DNA of 36,482 nucleotides from an uncultured Candidatus Bathyarchaeia archaeon (GCA_964354015.1 CAYGYB010000001.1:1-36482); one strand, 5' to 3'; positions 1 to 8,524 are shown, counted from the stretch's first letter. Notes: generated by a model from the letters alone, not told the origin. A program made the numbers and translations.

Positions 1-1064
1 AGACAGCTGTGGTAGAATACAAAGACGGCGACGCTAGAGGAAGCCACCCGATGGGCTTAGGTCCTTACACGCTTAAGAGTTGGGCGAGACCCGCTGGAAA
101 AGACACTGAAATGACGCTTGAGGCAAATCCGCTTTACTGGAACGCGGCTGCGGGCTATCCGAAAACTAAGACCATAGTTTTCAAGTTCGCTGCAGACGCT
201 GCCGGCTTGGCTTTAGCAATGACGGCGGGAGATGTTGACATTGCGTTTAGGCAGCTTGCCGCATCAGACATAACTAACATGAAGTCAAACACCAACCTGA
301 AGGTTTGGGAAGGCACCGGCGCGTTTATCCAATACCTGTGCATGCAACAAAAGGCTGCGCCTTTCAACAACGTGAAGTTTAGGGAAGCTATAGCCGCTGC
401 AATCAATCGAACCACGCTGGTGGACACTGTGTTCCAAGGGCAAGCGCAGAAACTCTACAGCATGATACCGAGTGGCATGTTCGGTCACACCGACGCATTC
501 CAAGCCATAGGTGATCCAAACTACACTCGCACGCGGGAACTTCTAGGCGAGCTTGGCTACAACGAGAACAACAAATTCTCGTTCACGTTGTGGTTTGAGA
601 CCTCAGGGCACTATCCGCAAAGTCAAGATCAAGCAGTGGTGCTCAAATCTTCGTTGGAAGCAAGTGGCGTAATTAGCGTATCTCTGGAAGGCCGCGACTG
701 GCCAGCGTACAAAGTTAAAAGATCAGAGGAAACCATGGAAGCGTACATTTATGGTTGGTACCCAGACTACATTGACCCAGATGACTACATCTACCCGTTT
801 GTACAGTCTTCAGGCGGGTCATGGCTACACCACAACTACGCTAGCGCGGAAATGGATCAGCTTATTGCGTGGGCTCGAGGAAACACCACTGCGTCAGCTA
901 GAACCGACTTGTATGGGCAAATCCAGGACCTCATGGTTACAGACGTTCCAATAATTCCGCTGTACCAGAGCAGTGCTTATGCGGTGTCGAATCTTAAAGT
1001 GAAAGGAATTTACTTGGACATCACACAGCAATGGCGCAACTGGCTAGTCTACGCCGAAGAGTAA
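1..1064 (+). CDS. ABC transporter substrate-binding protein, family 5 (peptide/nickel/oligosaccharide type), 5'-truncated by the window edge
   Basis: The frame is open from the window edge to the stop at 1062-1064. The length and sequence (e.g. YGWYPDYIDPDDYIYPF, VPIIPLYQ) are typical of the C-terminal two thirds of family-5 SBPs. It lies directly upstream of DppBCDF-type permease and ATPase genes. Confidence 0.8.
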   Translation, partial: TAVVEYKDGDARGSHPMGLGPYTLKSWARPAGKDTEMTLEANPLYWNAAAGYPKTKTIVFKFAADAAGLALAMTAGDVDIAFRQLAASDITNMKSNTNLKVWEGTGAFIQYLCMQQKAAPFNNVKFREAIAAAINRTTLVDTVFQGQAQKLYSMIPSGMFGHTDAFQAIGDPNYTRTRELLGELGYNENNKFSFTLWFETSGHYPQSQDQAVVLKSSLEASGVISVSLEGRDWPAYKVKRSEETMEAYIYGWYPDYIDPDDYIYPFVQSSGGSWLHHNYASAEMDQLIAWARGNTTASARTDLYGQIQDLMVTDVPIIPLYQSSAYAVSNLKVKGIYLDITQQWRNWLVYAEE

Positions 1065-1122
1065 ATTATAATACTTCATTCCCCCCTTTCTTTTTCTTAA
1101 ATGAATGAACGCGTGAAATGAA

Positions 1123-2355
1123 ATGACTCTTCGCACTTACATAATTTCCAGAATTCTGCTCACAATTCCTATGATATTCATTCTTTTGACTACGGTGTTT
1201 TTGGTTATGCGCGTTTTGCCAGGAGACCCAGTTATGCTTCATTTTGAAAAAATGGAGAACCCTGAAGCAATGGCGACGATGCGTATAAGGTTAGGACTTG
1301 ACAAACCTCTGTGGGCGCAGTACTTTGACTATGTAGCTGGTCTTTTCAGAGGAGACCTTGGCAAGTCCATGCAGGACTATTCTCCTGTGGCGCAGCAGAT
1401 TTTTTCGGCTTTTCCTGCAACTTTAGAATTAGCCATTTGTTCCATGATAATCGCGGTTCTGATAGGAGTGTTCCTAGGTGTAGAATCCTCAAAATCGTAT
1501 AATAAACCCAAAGATCAAGTGATAAGAGTGTTCGGAATAGTGACTTATGCTATTCCAGTCTTTTTCCTAGGCATGATTTTTCAGATGATTTTCGGAGTTG
1601 GATTGCACTGGCTGCCAGTAGGCGGAAGAATCGCCTCCACGATGGAACCAACAGGATTAAACATACCGCTTTCTATTCCACCCGGCGGTTTTATCACTCA
1701 TTTTCTGCTGTCATCCTTGGCAGGTCTAGTTCTGCTAGGCGCATATTTTGCTATAGCAAAAGTAAAACACAGGAAGCTTAATCGCAAGGACTATGTCATT
1801 TCGCTTATATTTTTCGTAACGGCTTGGCTTATCTGGGCAGGACTCGGCTGGTGTTACATGTCAAGTGGGGGACTCCACCTGTCAACTGGCCTATTCACAG
1901 TAGACAGCCTTCTTGAAGGAAACCTGTACAAGTTCGGCTTAACTCTGAAATACCTATTTCTGCCATCACTAACTTTAGGTTTGGTCCTCTGCGGAATATT
2001 CATCAGGCTCACGAGAAGCAACATGCTTGAGACCCTGAGACTAGATTTTGTAACAGCAGCCAAAGCAAGAGGATTAAAAGAAAATACAGTGACTTACGGT
2101 TACGCTCTAAGAAACGCGTTCCTGCCAGTACTCACAATGATGGGGCTGCAGTTTGCTATGCTTCTCGCAGGAGCTGTGCTGACTGAAACTACCTTCTCGT
2201 GGCCAGGTCTCGGAAGATACCTTGTGGACCGCATTAACTTTCGAGACTACACGGCTATTCAAGGAACAGTGGTTGTCTTCGGCATTCTCGTTTCCTTCGT
2301 GAGCTTGGCAGTTGACTTGCTTTATGCTTACCTTGACCCCAGAATCCGCTTGTAG
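1123..2355 (+). CDS. ABC transporter permease, DppB/OppB type
   Basis: The N-terminus YIISRILLTIPMIFILLTTVFLVMRVLPGDP is typical. The EAA-loop region reads LDFVTAAKARGLKENTVTYGYALRNAFLPV and the C-terminus is AYLDPRIRL. At 410 aa it is longer than usual because of an extra hydrophobic insert. Confidence 0.85.
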   Translation: MTLRTYIISRILLTIPMIFILLTTVFLVMRVLPGDPVMLHFEKMENPEAMATMRIRLGLDKPLWAQYFDYVAGLFRGDLGKSMQDYSPVAQQIFSAFPATLELAICSMIIAVLIGVFLGVESSKSYNKPKDQVIRVFGIVTYAIPVFFLGMIFQMIFGVGLHWLPVGGRIASTMEPTGLNIPLSIPPGGFITHFLLSSLAGLVLLGAYFAIAKVKHRKLNRKDYVISLIFFVTAWLIWAGLGWCYMSSGGLHLSTGLFTVDSLLEGNLYKFGLTLKYLFLPSLTLGLVLCGIFIRLTRSNMLETLRLDFVTAAKARGLKENTVTYGYALRNAFLPVLTMMGLQFAMLLAGAVLTETTFSWPGLGRYLVDRINFRDYTAIQGTVVVFGILVSFVSLAVDLLYAYLDPRIRL

Positions 2356-3252
2356 GTGATAGGAATGCAGAAACTCAAAATCAAAAAAAGCATGCTTGCG
2401 CATCTCTTGCCTGGGCTCACTTCACTTACAAAAAGGGGTTTGGCAGGTTGGCTGGTAATTTTTGGCGCAATAATAGTGGCAGTAGTCGTTGTAATGACTG
2501 TAATTTCACCTTGGATTTCACCCTATGACCCCACCAAGATTAATATTAGCAGCCAACCGCTATCTCCTCCGTCTTCCCAGTTTCCGTTTGGAACTGACCA
2601 TTTAGGTCGCGACATGCTCAGTCGAGTCATATCTGGCGGAGGCGTAATGCTTCAAGTCGCTGTATTATCCGTTATCGTTTGCTTACTGATAGGGGTCCCG
2701 TTGGGCCTATTCTCATCGCACACAGGCGGTATAATTGACAGGTTCATCAGCCTCATCATGGACAGCGTGTACGCGTTTCCAGGATTAATCCTAGCCATCG
2801 CATTAACAGCGGTCTTGGGAACAGGCGTTATCAATATGGCGATCTCCATCGCGGTGGTGTATGTTCCCTCCTACTTCAGGATAATCCGCAGTCAAGTACT
2901 CAGCATAAAAGAAATGTCCTATGTTGAAGCAGCAAACGCAGCGGGAGCCAAAAAACGCACGATTCTTTTGCGGTACATTCTGCCGAACGTTGTCCCCTCA
3001 ATAGCTGTGGTTGCAACAGTAAATTTCGCCGACGCCATACTCACCGCTGCAGGCTTAACGTTCATCGGCATGGGCGTACCAGTTGACATCCCAGATTGGG
3101 GGTGGGACTTGACAAACGGGCGAAAACTGCTGCCGAGTGGCGCATGGTGGGTCATAACTTTCCCTGGCTTGATGATTATTCTTTTGGCTTTGGGTTTCAC
3201 TTTGATGGGCGAGGGCTTAAGCGAACTGTTAAGCCCGAAGCTGGAAGAGTGA
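2356..3252 (+). CDS. ABC transporter permease, DppC/OppC type
   Basis: It abuts the upstream stop. Motifs include PFGTDHLGRDMLSRV and the EAA-type loop YVEAANAAGAKKRTILLRYILPNV. The protein has multiple TM segments. Confidence 0.85.
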   Translation: MIGMQKLKIKKSMLAHLLPGLTSLTKRGLAGWLVIFGAIIVAVVVVMTVISPWISPYDPTKINISSQPLSPPSSQFPFGTDHLGRDMLSRVISGGGVMLQVAVLSVIVCLLIGVPLGLFSSHTGGIIDRFISLIMDSVYAFPGLILAIALTAVLGTGVINMAISIAVVYVPSYFRIIRSQVLSIKEMSYVEAANAAGAKKRTILLRYILPNVVPSIAVVATVNFADAILTAAGLTFIGMGVPVDIPDWGWDLTNGRKLLPSGAWWVITFPGLMIILLALGFTLMGEGLSELLSPKLEE

Positions 3253-3267
3253 GGTGAAAAAGAAAAA

Positions 3268-4245
3268 ATGGCGCAATCGTTGATGACTGTTGACACGTTA
3301 ACTGTGGAATACTGGACGCGGAAAGGAAAAATCCGCGCAGTTGAGAACCTGTCCTTCTCTCTAGAAAAATCTGAAACGCTGGGCATAGTCGGAGAATCAG
3401 GTTCAGGAAAATCCACGTTAGGCTTGTCGTTGATAGGGCTCGTTCCGTTCCCAGGCAGAATAACACAGGGCAAAATAATTCTTAACGGCAAAGAGGTTCT
3501 GAAGCTCAAAAAAGACGACTTGCGCAACTTAAGAGGGAAAGAAGTCTGCTACGTATTCCAAGACCCAATGACTTCTTTAAATCCCGTCAAAAAAATCGGC
3601 GACCACTTTGTGGAGTTAATCCAAACTCACGAACCCAAAGTAACCAAACAACAGGCACTTGAACGCGCTAAAAAATTGCTCAAGGACGTTGGCATACAGC
3701 CTGAACGAATAAGCGATTATCCCCACCAGCTCAGCGGCGGAATGAGACAAAGAGTAATGATAGCTTTAGCAATAGCGCTTAACCCAGCCATAGTTGTTGC
3801 TGATGAACCGACAACGGCTTTAGACGTTATTGTCCAAGCAAAAATACTTGACCTGCTAAACGCGTTACGTGACGCTTATGGAATGGCGCTAATATTAATA
3901 ACCCATGACTTGAGTATAGTGATGCAAAGAAGCGACAGAATCATCGTCATGTACGCTGGGCAAATGGTCGAATGCGCGCCCAGCATAGAAATTTACTCGA
4001 ACCCCAAACATCCATATACTCAAGGGCTTCTAAAATCAATTCCTAACATTGAACTAGCTGACCAGAAACTTGAAACCATCTCAGGGTCTCCTCCAGACAT
4101 GCTTAACCTGCCCAAAGGCTGCCGATTCTGGCCTCGTTGCCGCTACGCCTTTGAAAAGTGCCGAATAGAAGCACCAATGCTTTTTGAAACTGGAGCAGAA
4201 CATTTCGCTAGGTGTTTCCTGTACGAAGAAGGGAGAAAAACGTGA
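3268..4245 (+). CDS. ABC transporter ATP-binding protein, DppD/OppD type
   Basis: Walker A is GESGSGKST, the signature is LSGGMRQRV, Walker B is IVVADEPTTALDV and the H-loop is ITHDL. The C-terminal oligopeptide-type tail reads HPYTQGLL...GCRFWPRCRYA. Confidence 0.9.
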   Translation: MAQSLMTVDTLTVEYWTRKGKIRAVENLSFSLEKSETLGIVGESGSGKSTLGLSLIGLVPFPGRITQGKIILNGKEVLKLKKDDLRNLRGKEVCYVFQDPMTSLNPVKKIGDHFVELIQTHEPKVTKQQALERAKKLLKDVGIQPERISDYPHQLSGGMRQRVMIALAIALNPAIVVADEPTTALDVIVQAKILDLLNALRDAYGMALILITHDLSIVMQRSDRIIVMYAGQMVECAPSIEIYSNPKHPYTQGLLKSIPNIELADQKLETISGSPPDMLNLPKGCRFWPRCRYAFEKCRIEAPMLFETGAEHFARCFLYEEGRKT

Positions 4246-5390
4246 GCGAAAACGAAATTCTCACGGTTGAACATTTAAAAAAGTATTTTCCCGTAGAAAA
4301 AAGCTTCCTCGAGAAAATGCTGACGCGGACGAGACGCTTTGTTAGGGCAGTGGACGACGTGAGTTTTTCTGTTCGGAAAGGTGAAATTTTCACTCTAGCG
4401 GGAGAAAGCGGGTGTGGAAAAACAACCACTGGTAAACTTGTTGTACGCCTGATGTCGCCGACCAGTGGAAAAATCTTCTTTAACGGTGCTGAAATTACTG
4501 AGCTCGATCACGAAGCCTTGAGAGTGCTTAGGCGAAAAATGCAGATAATATTTCAGGATCCTTACGCTTCTTTCAATCCGCGAATGAAAATCGGAAAAGC
4601 GGTGGGGCATCCGCTTGAGATTCACGGGTTGGCACGGCATGAAGAGACACGAGAAAGCGTTCTGTTAATACGAAAATCTCTCGAGAGGCATCGTAAACTA
4701 TGCTACATTTTGGAAAAAGCATGGAAAAATTCAGTGGTACGATCTCTCGAGAGGTACTTAATTGGTCGAAATCCGCTTGCGAAGTTAGCCACAACCCGAA
4801 GAGTTGACAGAACCCGAGAAAGGGTCTTAGAGATATTGGACCGCGTAGGTTTGACTCCAGCAGAAAAATTCGTGGACCTGTACCCGCATCAAATGAGTGG
4901 TGGGCAAAGACAACGTGCAGCCATGGCAAGAGCACTCATACTGCAACCCGAATTCATAGTCGCAGACGAACCAGTCTCAATGATTGATGTCTCGCTTAGA
5001 ACAGCAATAATCGATTTAATGCTAAACTTGAGGAAAGATTTCGGACTCACGTACCTCTTCATCACGCATGACCTAGCAATAGCCAAATACATTTCCGACA
5101 GAATCGCCATAATGTACCTCGGAAAAATCGTCGAGTTAGCCGACAAACAAACCATTTTCGCCAACCCCCTGCATCCCTACACTCAAGCGCTACTGGCAGC
5201 CATTCCTGTTCCAGTTCCAGAACAAAAGCGGAAAAAAACCGAACTCATAGGCGACGTACCTTCCGCCATAAACATACCTTCAGGCTGCCGCTTTCGCACA
5301 AGATGCCGATACGCCAAAAAAGCTTGCGCAGAAAAAGAGCCCCAATTAATCCCTGTTGCACCCAACCACTATGTCGCATGCAACGGCTGA
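4242..5390 (+). CDS. ABC transporter ATP-binding protein, DppF/OppF type, carrying a 55-codon in-frame insertion
   Basis: Walker A is GESGCGKTT, followed by IFQDPYASFNPR, the signature MSGGQRQR, Walker B FIVADEPVSMIDV and H-loop ITHDL. The tail reads HPYTQALL...GCRFRTRCRYA. I prefer GTG at 4242 over the track start at 4212, because GGGAGA lies just upstream and the GTGA overlaps the oppD-like stop. Confidence 0.85.
   Translation: MSENEILTVEHLKKYFPVEKSFLEKMLTRTRRFVRAVDDVSFSVRKGEIFTLAGESGCGKTTTGKLVVRLMSPTSGKIFFNGAEITELDHEALRVLRRKMQIIFQDPYASFNPRMKIGKAVGHPLEIHGLARHEETRESVLLIRKSLERHRKLCYILEKAWKNSVVRSLERYLIGRNPLAKLATTRRVDRTRERVLEILDRVGLTPAEKFVDLYPHQMSGGQRQRAAMARALILQPEFIVADEPVSMIDVSLRTAIIDLMLNLRKDFGLTYLFITHDLAIAKYISDRIAIMYLGKIVELADKQTIFANPLHPYTQALLAAIPVPVPEQKRKKTELIGDVPSAINIPSGCRFRTRCRYAKKACAEKEPQLIPVAPNHYVACNG
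4658..4814. mobile_element. MITE-like insertion inside the OppF-like gene (157 bp plus an 8-bp duplicated target)
   Basis: An exact 8-bp direct repeat CGAGAAAG occurs at 4650-4657 and 4815-4822, 165 bp apart. Terminal inverted repeats GTTCTGT (4659-4665) and ACAGAAC (4807-4813) flank the element. An internal 13-bp direct repeat ATCTCTCGAGAGG (4676-4688, 4742-4754) contains the palindrome CTCTCGAGAG. Removing the element restores the canonical HEETRERVLEILDRVGL spacing. Confidence 0.4.
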
Positions 5391-5613
5391 AAACTGAGGC
5401 TCTTTAGAACAGAGACACTTGTGTTCAACACAAATACTTCACGTTTGACACTAAAAGTTAAAGTGGCACCACTGCACTTGTTCATTTTTGGCATTTTCCT
5501 TTCAATTTTCGAGTATACACGTATATCAGTTATTACCAACAACCATTCAAAACGTGTATTGAGGACAGCAGCATTACTACGTACAATACACGTTAAAGAA
5601 CAGAGGAAAAGCA

Positions 5614-5952
5614 ATGTTTAAGAAAGAACTGCTGTTTTGCTTTGCCCTGATTTCGATGGGCACAATAGATTGGGTGACTACAGTTACTGGCACACTCTGC
5701 TTCGGCGCAGTAGAAATTAACCCCCTGCTCGCAGGATTAACAAAAACAAACATCCTGCTTTTTAGCGTAATAAAACTCACAATAGTTGTACTTACAGGAC
5801 TCCTGTTTTATAAAGCAGGCACAATTGTGAACATGTTAAAAAGTAGCTCTCATTTAGGAAAGCGCGCTTTGGAATCAGGATATGCTCTGTCACTCATGAT
5901 GCTCACGGTTGCAGTTACAAACAACATAGTCACAGTTGCCAGGATCATGTAA
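5614..5952 (+). CDS. small integral membrane protein (DUF5658-like)
   Basis: The 112-aa ORF has 3-4 hydrophobic helices. The motif GTIDWVTTVTGTLCFGAVEINPLLAGL resembles the D-x-x-T...E-x-NP pattern of DUF5658. This assignment is tentative. Confidence 0.45.
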   Translation: MFKKELLFCFALISMGTIDWVTTVTGTLCFGAVEINPLLAGLTKTNILLFSVIKLTIVVLTGLLFYKAGTIVNMLKSSSHLGKRALESGYALSLMMLTVAVTNNIVTVARIM

Positions 5953-6076
5953 GAATCGACGTCAACACACTTGGTTTTATTCTGCCGTCTCTTTAACTGC
6001 AATTTTATGAATTCAAAAGTTTCAAAAAACCAAAAATAGCCTACCGCGAAGAACCCAACCATCGCGATGCGAGAGG

Positions 6077-6220
6077 CGCCGGGGAAGGGATTCGAACCCC
6101 TGCGAGCCAAAGGCCCACTGGCTGGCTTGCCCACTTCTTTGCAATCTTTGGATCTCGACACTGGTCCTCACACGTTGATTGCGAGGAAGGCCAGCGCATT
6201 AACCACTCTGCCACCCCGGC
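6077..6220 (-). tRNA. intron-containing tRNA with a class II (seryl-like) body; anticodon unresolved
   Basis: The minus strand reads GCCGGGG-TG-GCAGAGTGGTTAATGC-G-CTGGC...GCCAG-T-GGGCC-TTT-GGCTC-GC-AGGGG-TTCGAAT-CCCTT-CCCCGGC-G. The 7-bp acceptor stem is perfect. There is a D arm with a G13/A22 mismatch, a T arm with a TTCGAAT loop, a 5-bp variable-arm hairpin and discriminator G. About 60 extra nt lie between the two halves of the anticodon stem, including a 6-bp GCAATC/GATTGC helix. Confidence 0.7.
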
Positions 6221-6297
6221 TTGAGTTATGCGTTGTTTTGCGACAGTACCTAGGCAACGGATTTGCCCTTGCTCGTTAATTGAAGATGCCATCCCTT

Positions 6298-7129
6298 CTA
6301 AAAGTGTTTTGCATCGCAACCGCATCGCTCATGCTTAACACAAATCAACTCGTCACAGACTTTGCAGAATTCAGACTTTCCGAGACGCACAATATATGTT
6401 GCCTTATTGCTGTAAGATATTGAAGAAGGCAGTATCTTGCTAACCGTTGGTTTCAATCCTAATCGATTGAATAAGTCAACTAATTGTTCAACCAATGCAG
6501 AATTCACTGTGGTAATGTCTGCACCAAAATGACCACTTCTGCGCTTATTCCTGTGCACATGCCCATCCGCATCAATCAGACCGCCAACAAAACCAACCAC
6601 AAAATCTCTAGACCAAGCAGGCATGCTAACAAGCACTTTATGTGCTTCCCCATTATTTTCGTCATATTTAACAAAACCCTGAAGAAGCACCAGAAGACTC
6701 TTTGAATAAACTTTCATGACTAGCCAAGGTACCCGCCGAATACAATGTAACGCGTTTACCCGATTTCTCGAACAAGTGGCAGAGGAAAGAAGTAATTTCG
6801 GAGTCTCTTTTGGCGTCGAGACCGAATTGTGCACCATAGTGTCCACTTCGCTTGTCCAAAATTTGGCTTCCGTCGCCGACAAAAAAGCCAACAATATACC
6901 CAAGTTCACGTTTACTAAAAACAGAAAAGTCTATTGATGATTGCCTTCTTGAAAATTGGCTGGCATACCTATGCACTGTAGTATAGCTGATTCCTGTTTT
7001 CCTAGAAACTCCTCTGAGAGATAGCCCTTTCTTAACTAAGCTCTGAATATCGTCAACCTTCTCAGGCGCTAATCGTCCTAAGTGCCTAAGCTTGGGTTTT
7101 TTATTAACCCCTGAGTCAGGACAGCTCAT
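6298..7129 (-). pseudogene. LAGLIDADG homing endonuclease (two-domain, N-terminal HTH), interrupted by a frameshift
   Basis: Two overlapping ORFs in different frames (6668-7129 and 6298-6909) cover the gene. The first carries an HTH (LSLRGVSRKTGISYTTVHRY) and LAGLIDADG motif 1 (LGYIVGFFVGDGS). The second carries motif 2 (FVVGFVGGLIDADGHV). The reading frames can be joined by a 1-nt shift around 6710-6740. Confidence 0.75.
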
Positions 7130-7190
7130 GATTTGTCAATAAAGTCTTAGAAGGACTTCTTCTTAAAGTCTATGACAAAATTAAATCGTG

Positions 7191-7212
7191 TTAGCCACTC
7201 CGCCACCCCGGC
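7191..7212 (-). repeat. orphan duplicate of the tRNA 5' end (positions 1-22: acceptor 5' strand to D loop)
   Basis: The minus-strand sequence GCCGGGGTGGCGGAGTGGCTAA matches GCCGGGGTGGCAGAGTGGTTAA of the full tRNA (6199-6220) at 20 of 22 positions. Similarity stops in the D loop. The sequence then runs about 60 nt into the LAGLIDADG start codon. Confidence 0.65.
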
Positions 7213-7238
7213 TCGAATAGAAGGATTGCATTACTGTC

Positions 7239-7246
7239 ATAAAATG
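7239..7246 (-). promoter_or_regulatory. TATA-like box upstream of the orphan tRNA 5' fragment
   Basis: The minus strand reads CATTTTAT about 27-34 nt upstream of the fragment's first nucleotide (7212). No comparably A/T-rich box lies at that distance upstream of the full tRNA at 6220. Confidence 0.3.
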
Positions 7247-7430
7247 TTTTCAGTTTCCACACGCCATCATATTTGGAACCTAATAGTCAATCAATGCAGA
7301 AACCTATAGGGGGCTATCCCCACAAGCACTTGCCACGCTATTTATAGTATTTAAAAGGGGGGTATAGTCTTTCCCACGCGCTAGAGAACATGCCTCATTA
7401 AGAACAAAAAAGGTGGTGTAAAAAAACAGT

Positions 7431-8099
7431 TTATTCTCTGCTTGAGAGCACCACGATGTAATCAGCTGTGTCCGCGCACATGTCTGCAGCGTGCTCGATG
7501 AACTCGATTAAATCGTCAAGTATGACCATGACTCCGCAGTTGATTTCGCCGCCGTATTTAACGAACAAAGACTTTGCCTTAAGGTACTCTGTGTCCAAGT
7601 CATGTTCAATGTCTTCGACTTTTTTTGCCTCAGCTATCGCCCCAGCGGGGTTGGTTGAAATTTTTTCGATGCTGCCGCGCAGGGTTTGAGCGGTTTCTAC
7701 AAGTTTCGAGGTCATGAACACGGTTTTTTTACCCAGTTCTTCTGGAATTTCCGTTTCTCCAAGCATTTCTAGGCATCTTGCTGCGTCTTTAGTGTGGTCT
7801 GCCAGAGTGTCCAGTCTTTTCACGAGATGCAGCAGGTCTTCGCGGTAGTCTGCCACTAAAGCTGCGCCTTTGGATAGCTCCTTGAAAACGTCTGTGCGCA
7901 ACTTGTCCACTTCTTCTTCCACCTTGTACAAGTTTTCAACGTAACTTTGGGCTTCCTTGTATTTTTTTTCTGAGAAGCTTTTCATAGCTTTATGGAGCCA
8001 AGTTACCGTGTCAAAAGCTTTGATTATCTGTTCCTGTGCTATCTCTAACCCTTTTGTTCTGCGGCGTTTTTCAAACCAGTCGTAGCTTCTTTTTTCCAC
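7431..8099 (-). CDS. DUF47 / PhoU-like (TIGR00153-type) protein
   Basis: The 222-aa all-helical protein has an N-terminus (WFEKRRRTKGLEIAQEQIIKA...) and heptad-like EE/KK pattern typical of the DUF47 PhoU-related family. No transporter partner is present in the window. Confidence 0.55.
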   Translation of the reverse strand: MEKRSYDWFEKRRRTKGLEIAQEQIIKAFDTVTWLHKAMKSFSEKKYKEAQSYVENLYKVEEEVDKLRTDVFKELSKGAALVADYREDLLHLVKRLDTLADHTKDAARCLEMLGETEIPEELGKKTVFMTSKLVETAQTLRGSIEKISTNPAGAIAEAKKVEDIEHDLDTEYLKAKSLFVKYGGEINCGVMVILDDLIEFIEHAADMCADTADYIVVLSSRE

Positions 8100-8524
8100 A
8101 AGTCACATCTCCGTCTATTATTATTTGGAATGGTTCACATATAAAGCTCACGATGAAAGGTGACAGTTAAGCGTTGCTGAAAGTTGAATTACGAGGGTCT
8201 TAGTAGTTGAGTCGCAGTTTAAGTTAACTGCCAAGGCACTGGCTGGTAGTTATAAGCTGTGCACTTGAAGCATCGCTTAACGTATTCGCCATAAGCTTAC
8301 AGTAGAATATAAACCTCTTGAAGCGCCAAGAACGCGCATAATCCTACTAAATACAAAATGCGGAAATGTTCACTAAAACGTACATTGTCGCCGCGCGCGC
8401 AAAACGATTTGTTACACATCTTCTTTGATGAGCGGGATAATTACTCCTTGACCTTTCTCAGATTTGCCTGTTTATATGAGCATCAAAAAAAAGATGGAGA
8501 TTGAAGGTTAAATCCCGTGTGTTT

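Noticed and set aside
2919-3527. This entry covers the long antisense or alternate-frame ORFs in the track. Examples: 2919-3527(-), 4573-4935(-), 12340-12834(+), 14445-14981(+), 16790-17188(+), 20284-20643(+), 22146-22508(+), 29013-29318(+), 29930-30301(-), 35379-35750(+).
   Set aside because: Each lies entirely inside a CDS on the opposite strand or in another frame that has clear family motifs. Their translations are low-complexity, Ser/Arg/Leu-rich and have no recognisable motifs, so they are shadow ORFs.
4650-4822. An archaeal bulge-helix-bulge mRNA intron (cbf5-like) as an explanation for the OppF insertion.
   Set aside because: The end-pairing helix GTTCTGT/ACAGAAC is not flanked by two 3-nt bulges around a 4-bp helix. 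The 8-bp direct repeats plus inverted termini fit a transposon footprint better.
5369-5621. ORFs 5369-5614(-) and 5421-5621(+) in the spacer after the ABC operon.
   Set aside because: They are short, mutually overlapping and without motifs. The region is more plausibly a terminator/promoter spacer.
6041-6325. ORFs 6041-6325(-) and 6067-6279(+).
   Set aside because: They overlap the tRNA gene (6077-6220), whose cloverleaf elements explain the sequence.
8102-8112. GTCACATCTCC resembles the reverse complement of the three-copy motif core.
   Set aside because: The match is only 11 nt with one mismatch, it overlaps the start region of the DUF47 gene, and it has no flanking similarity.
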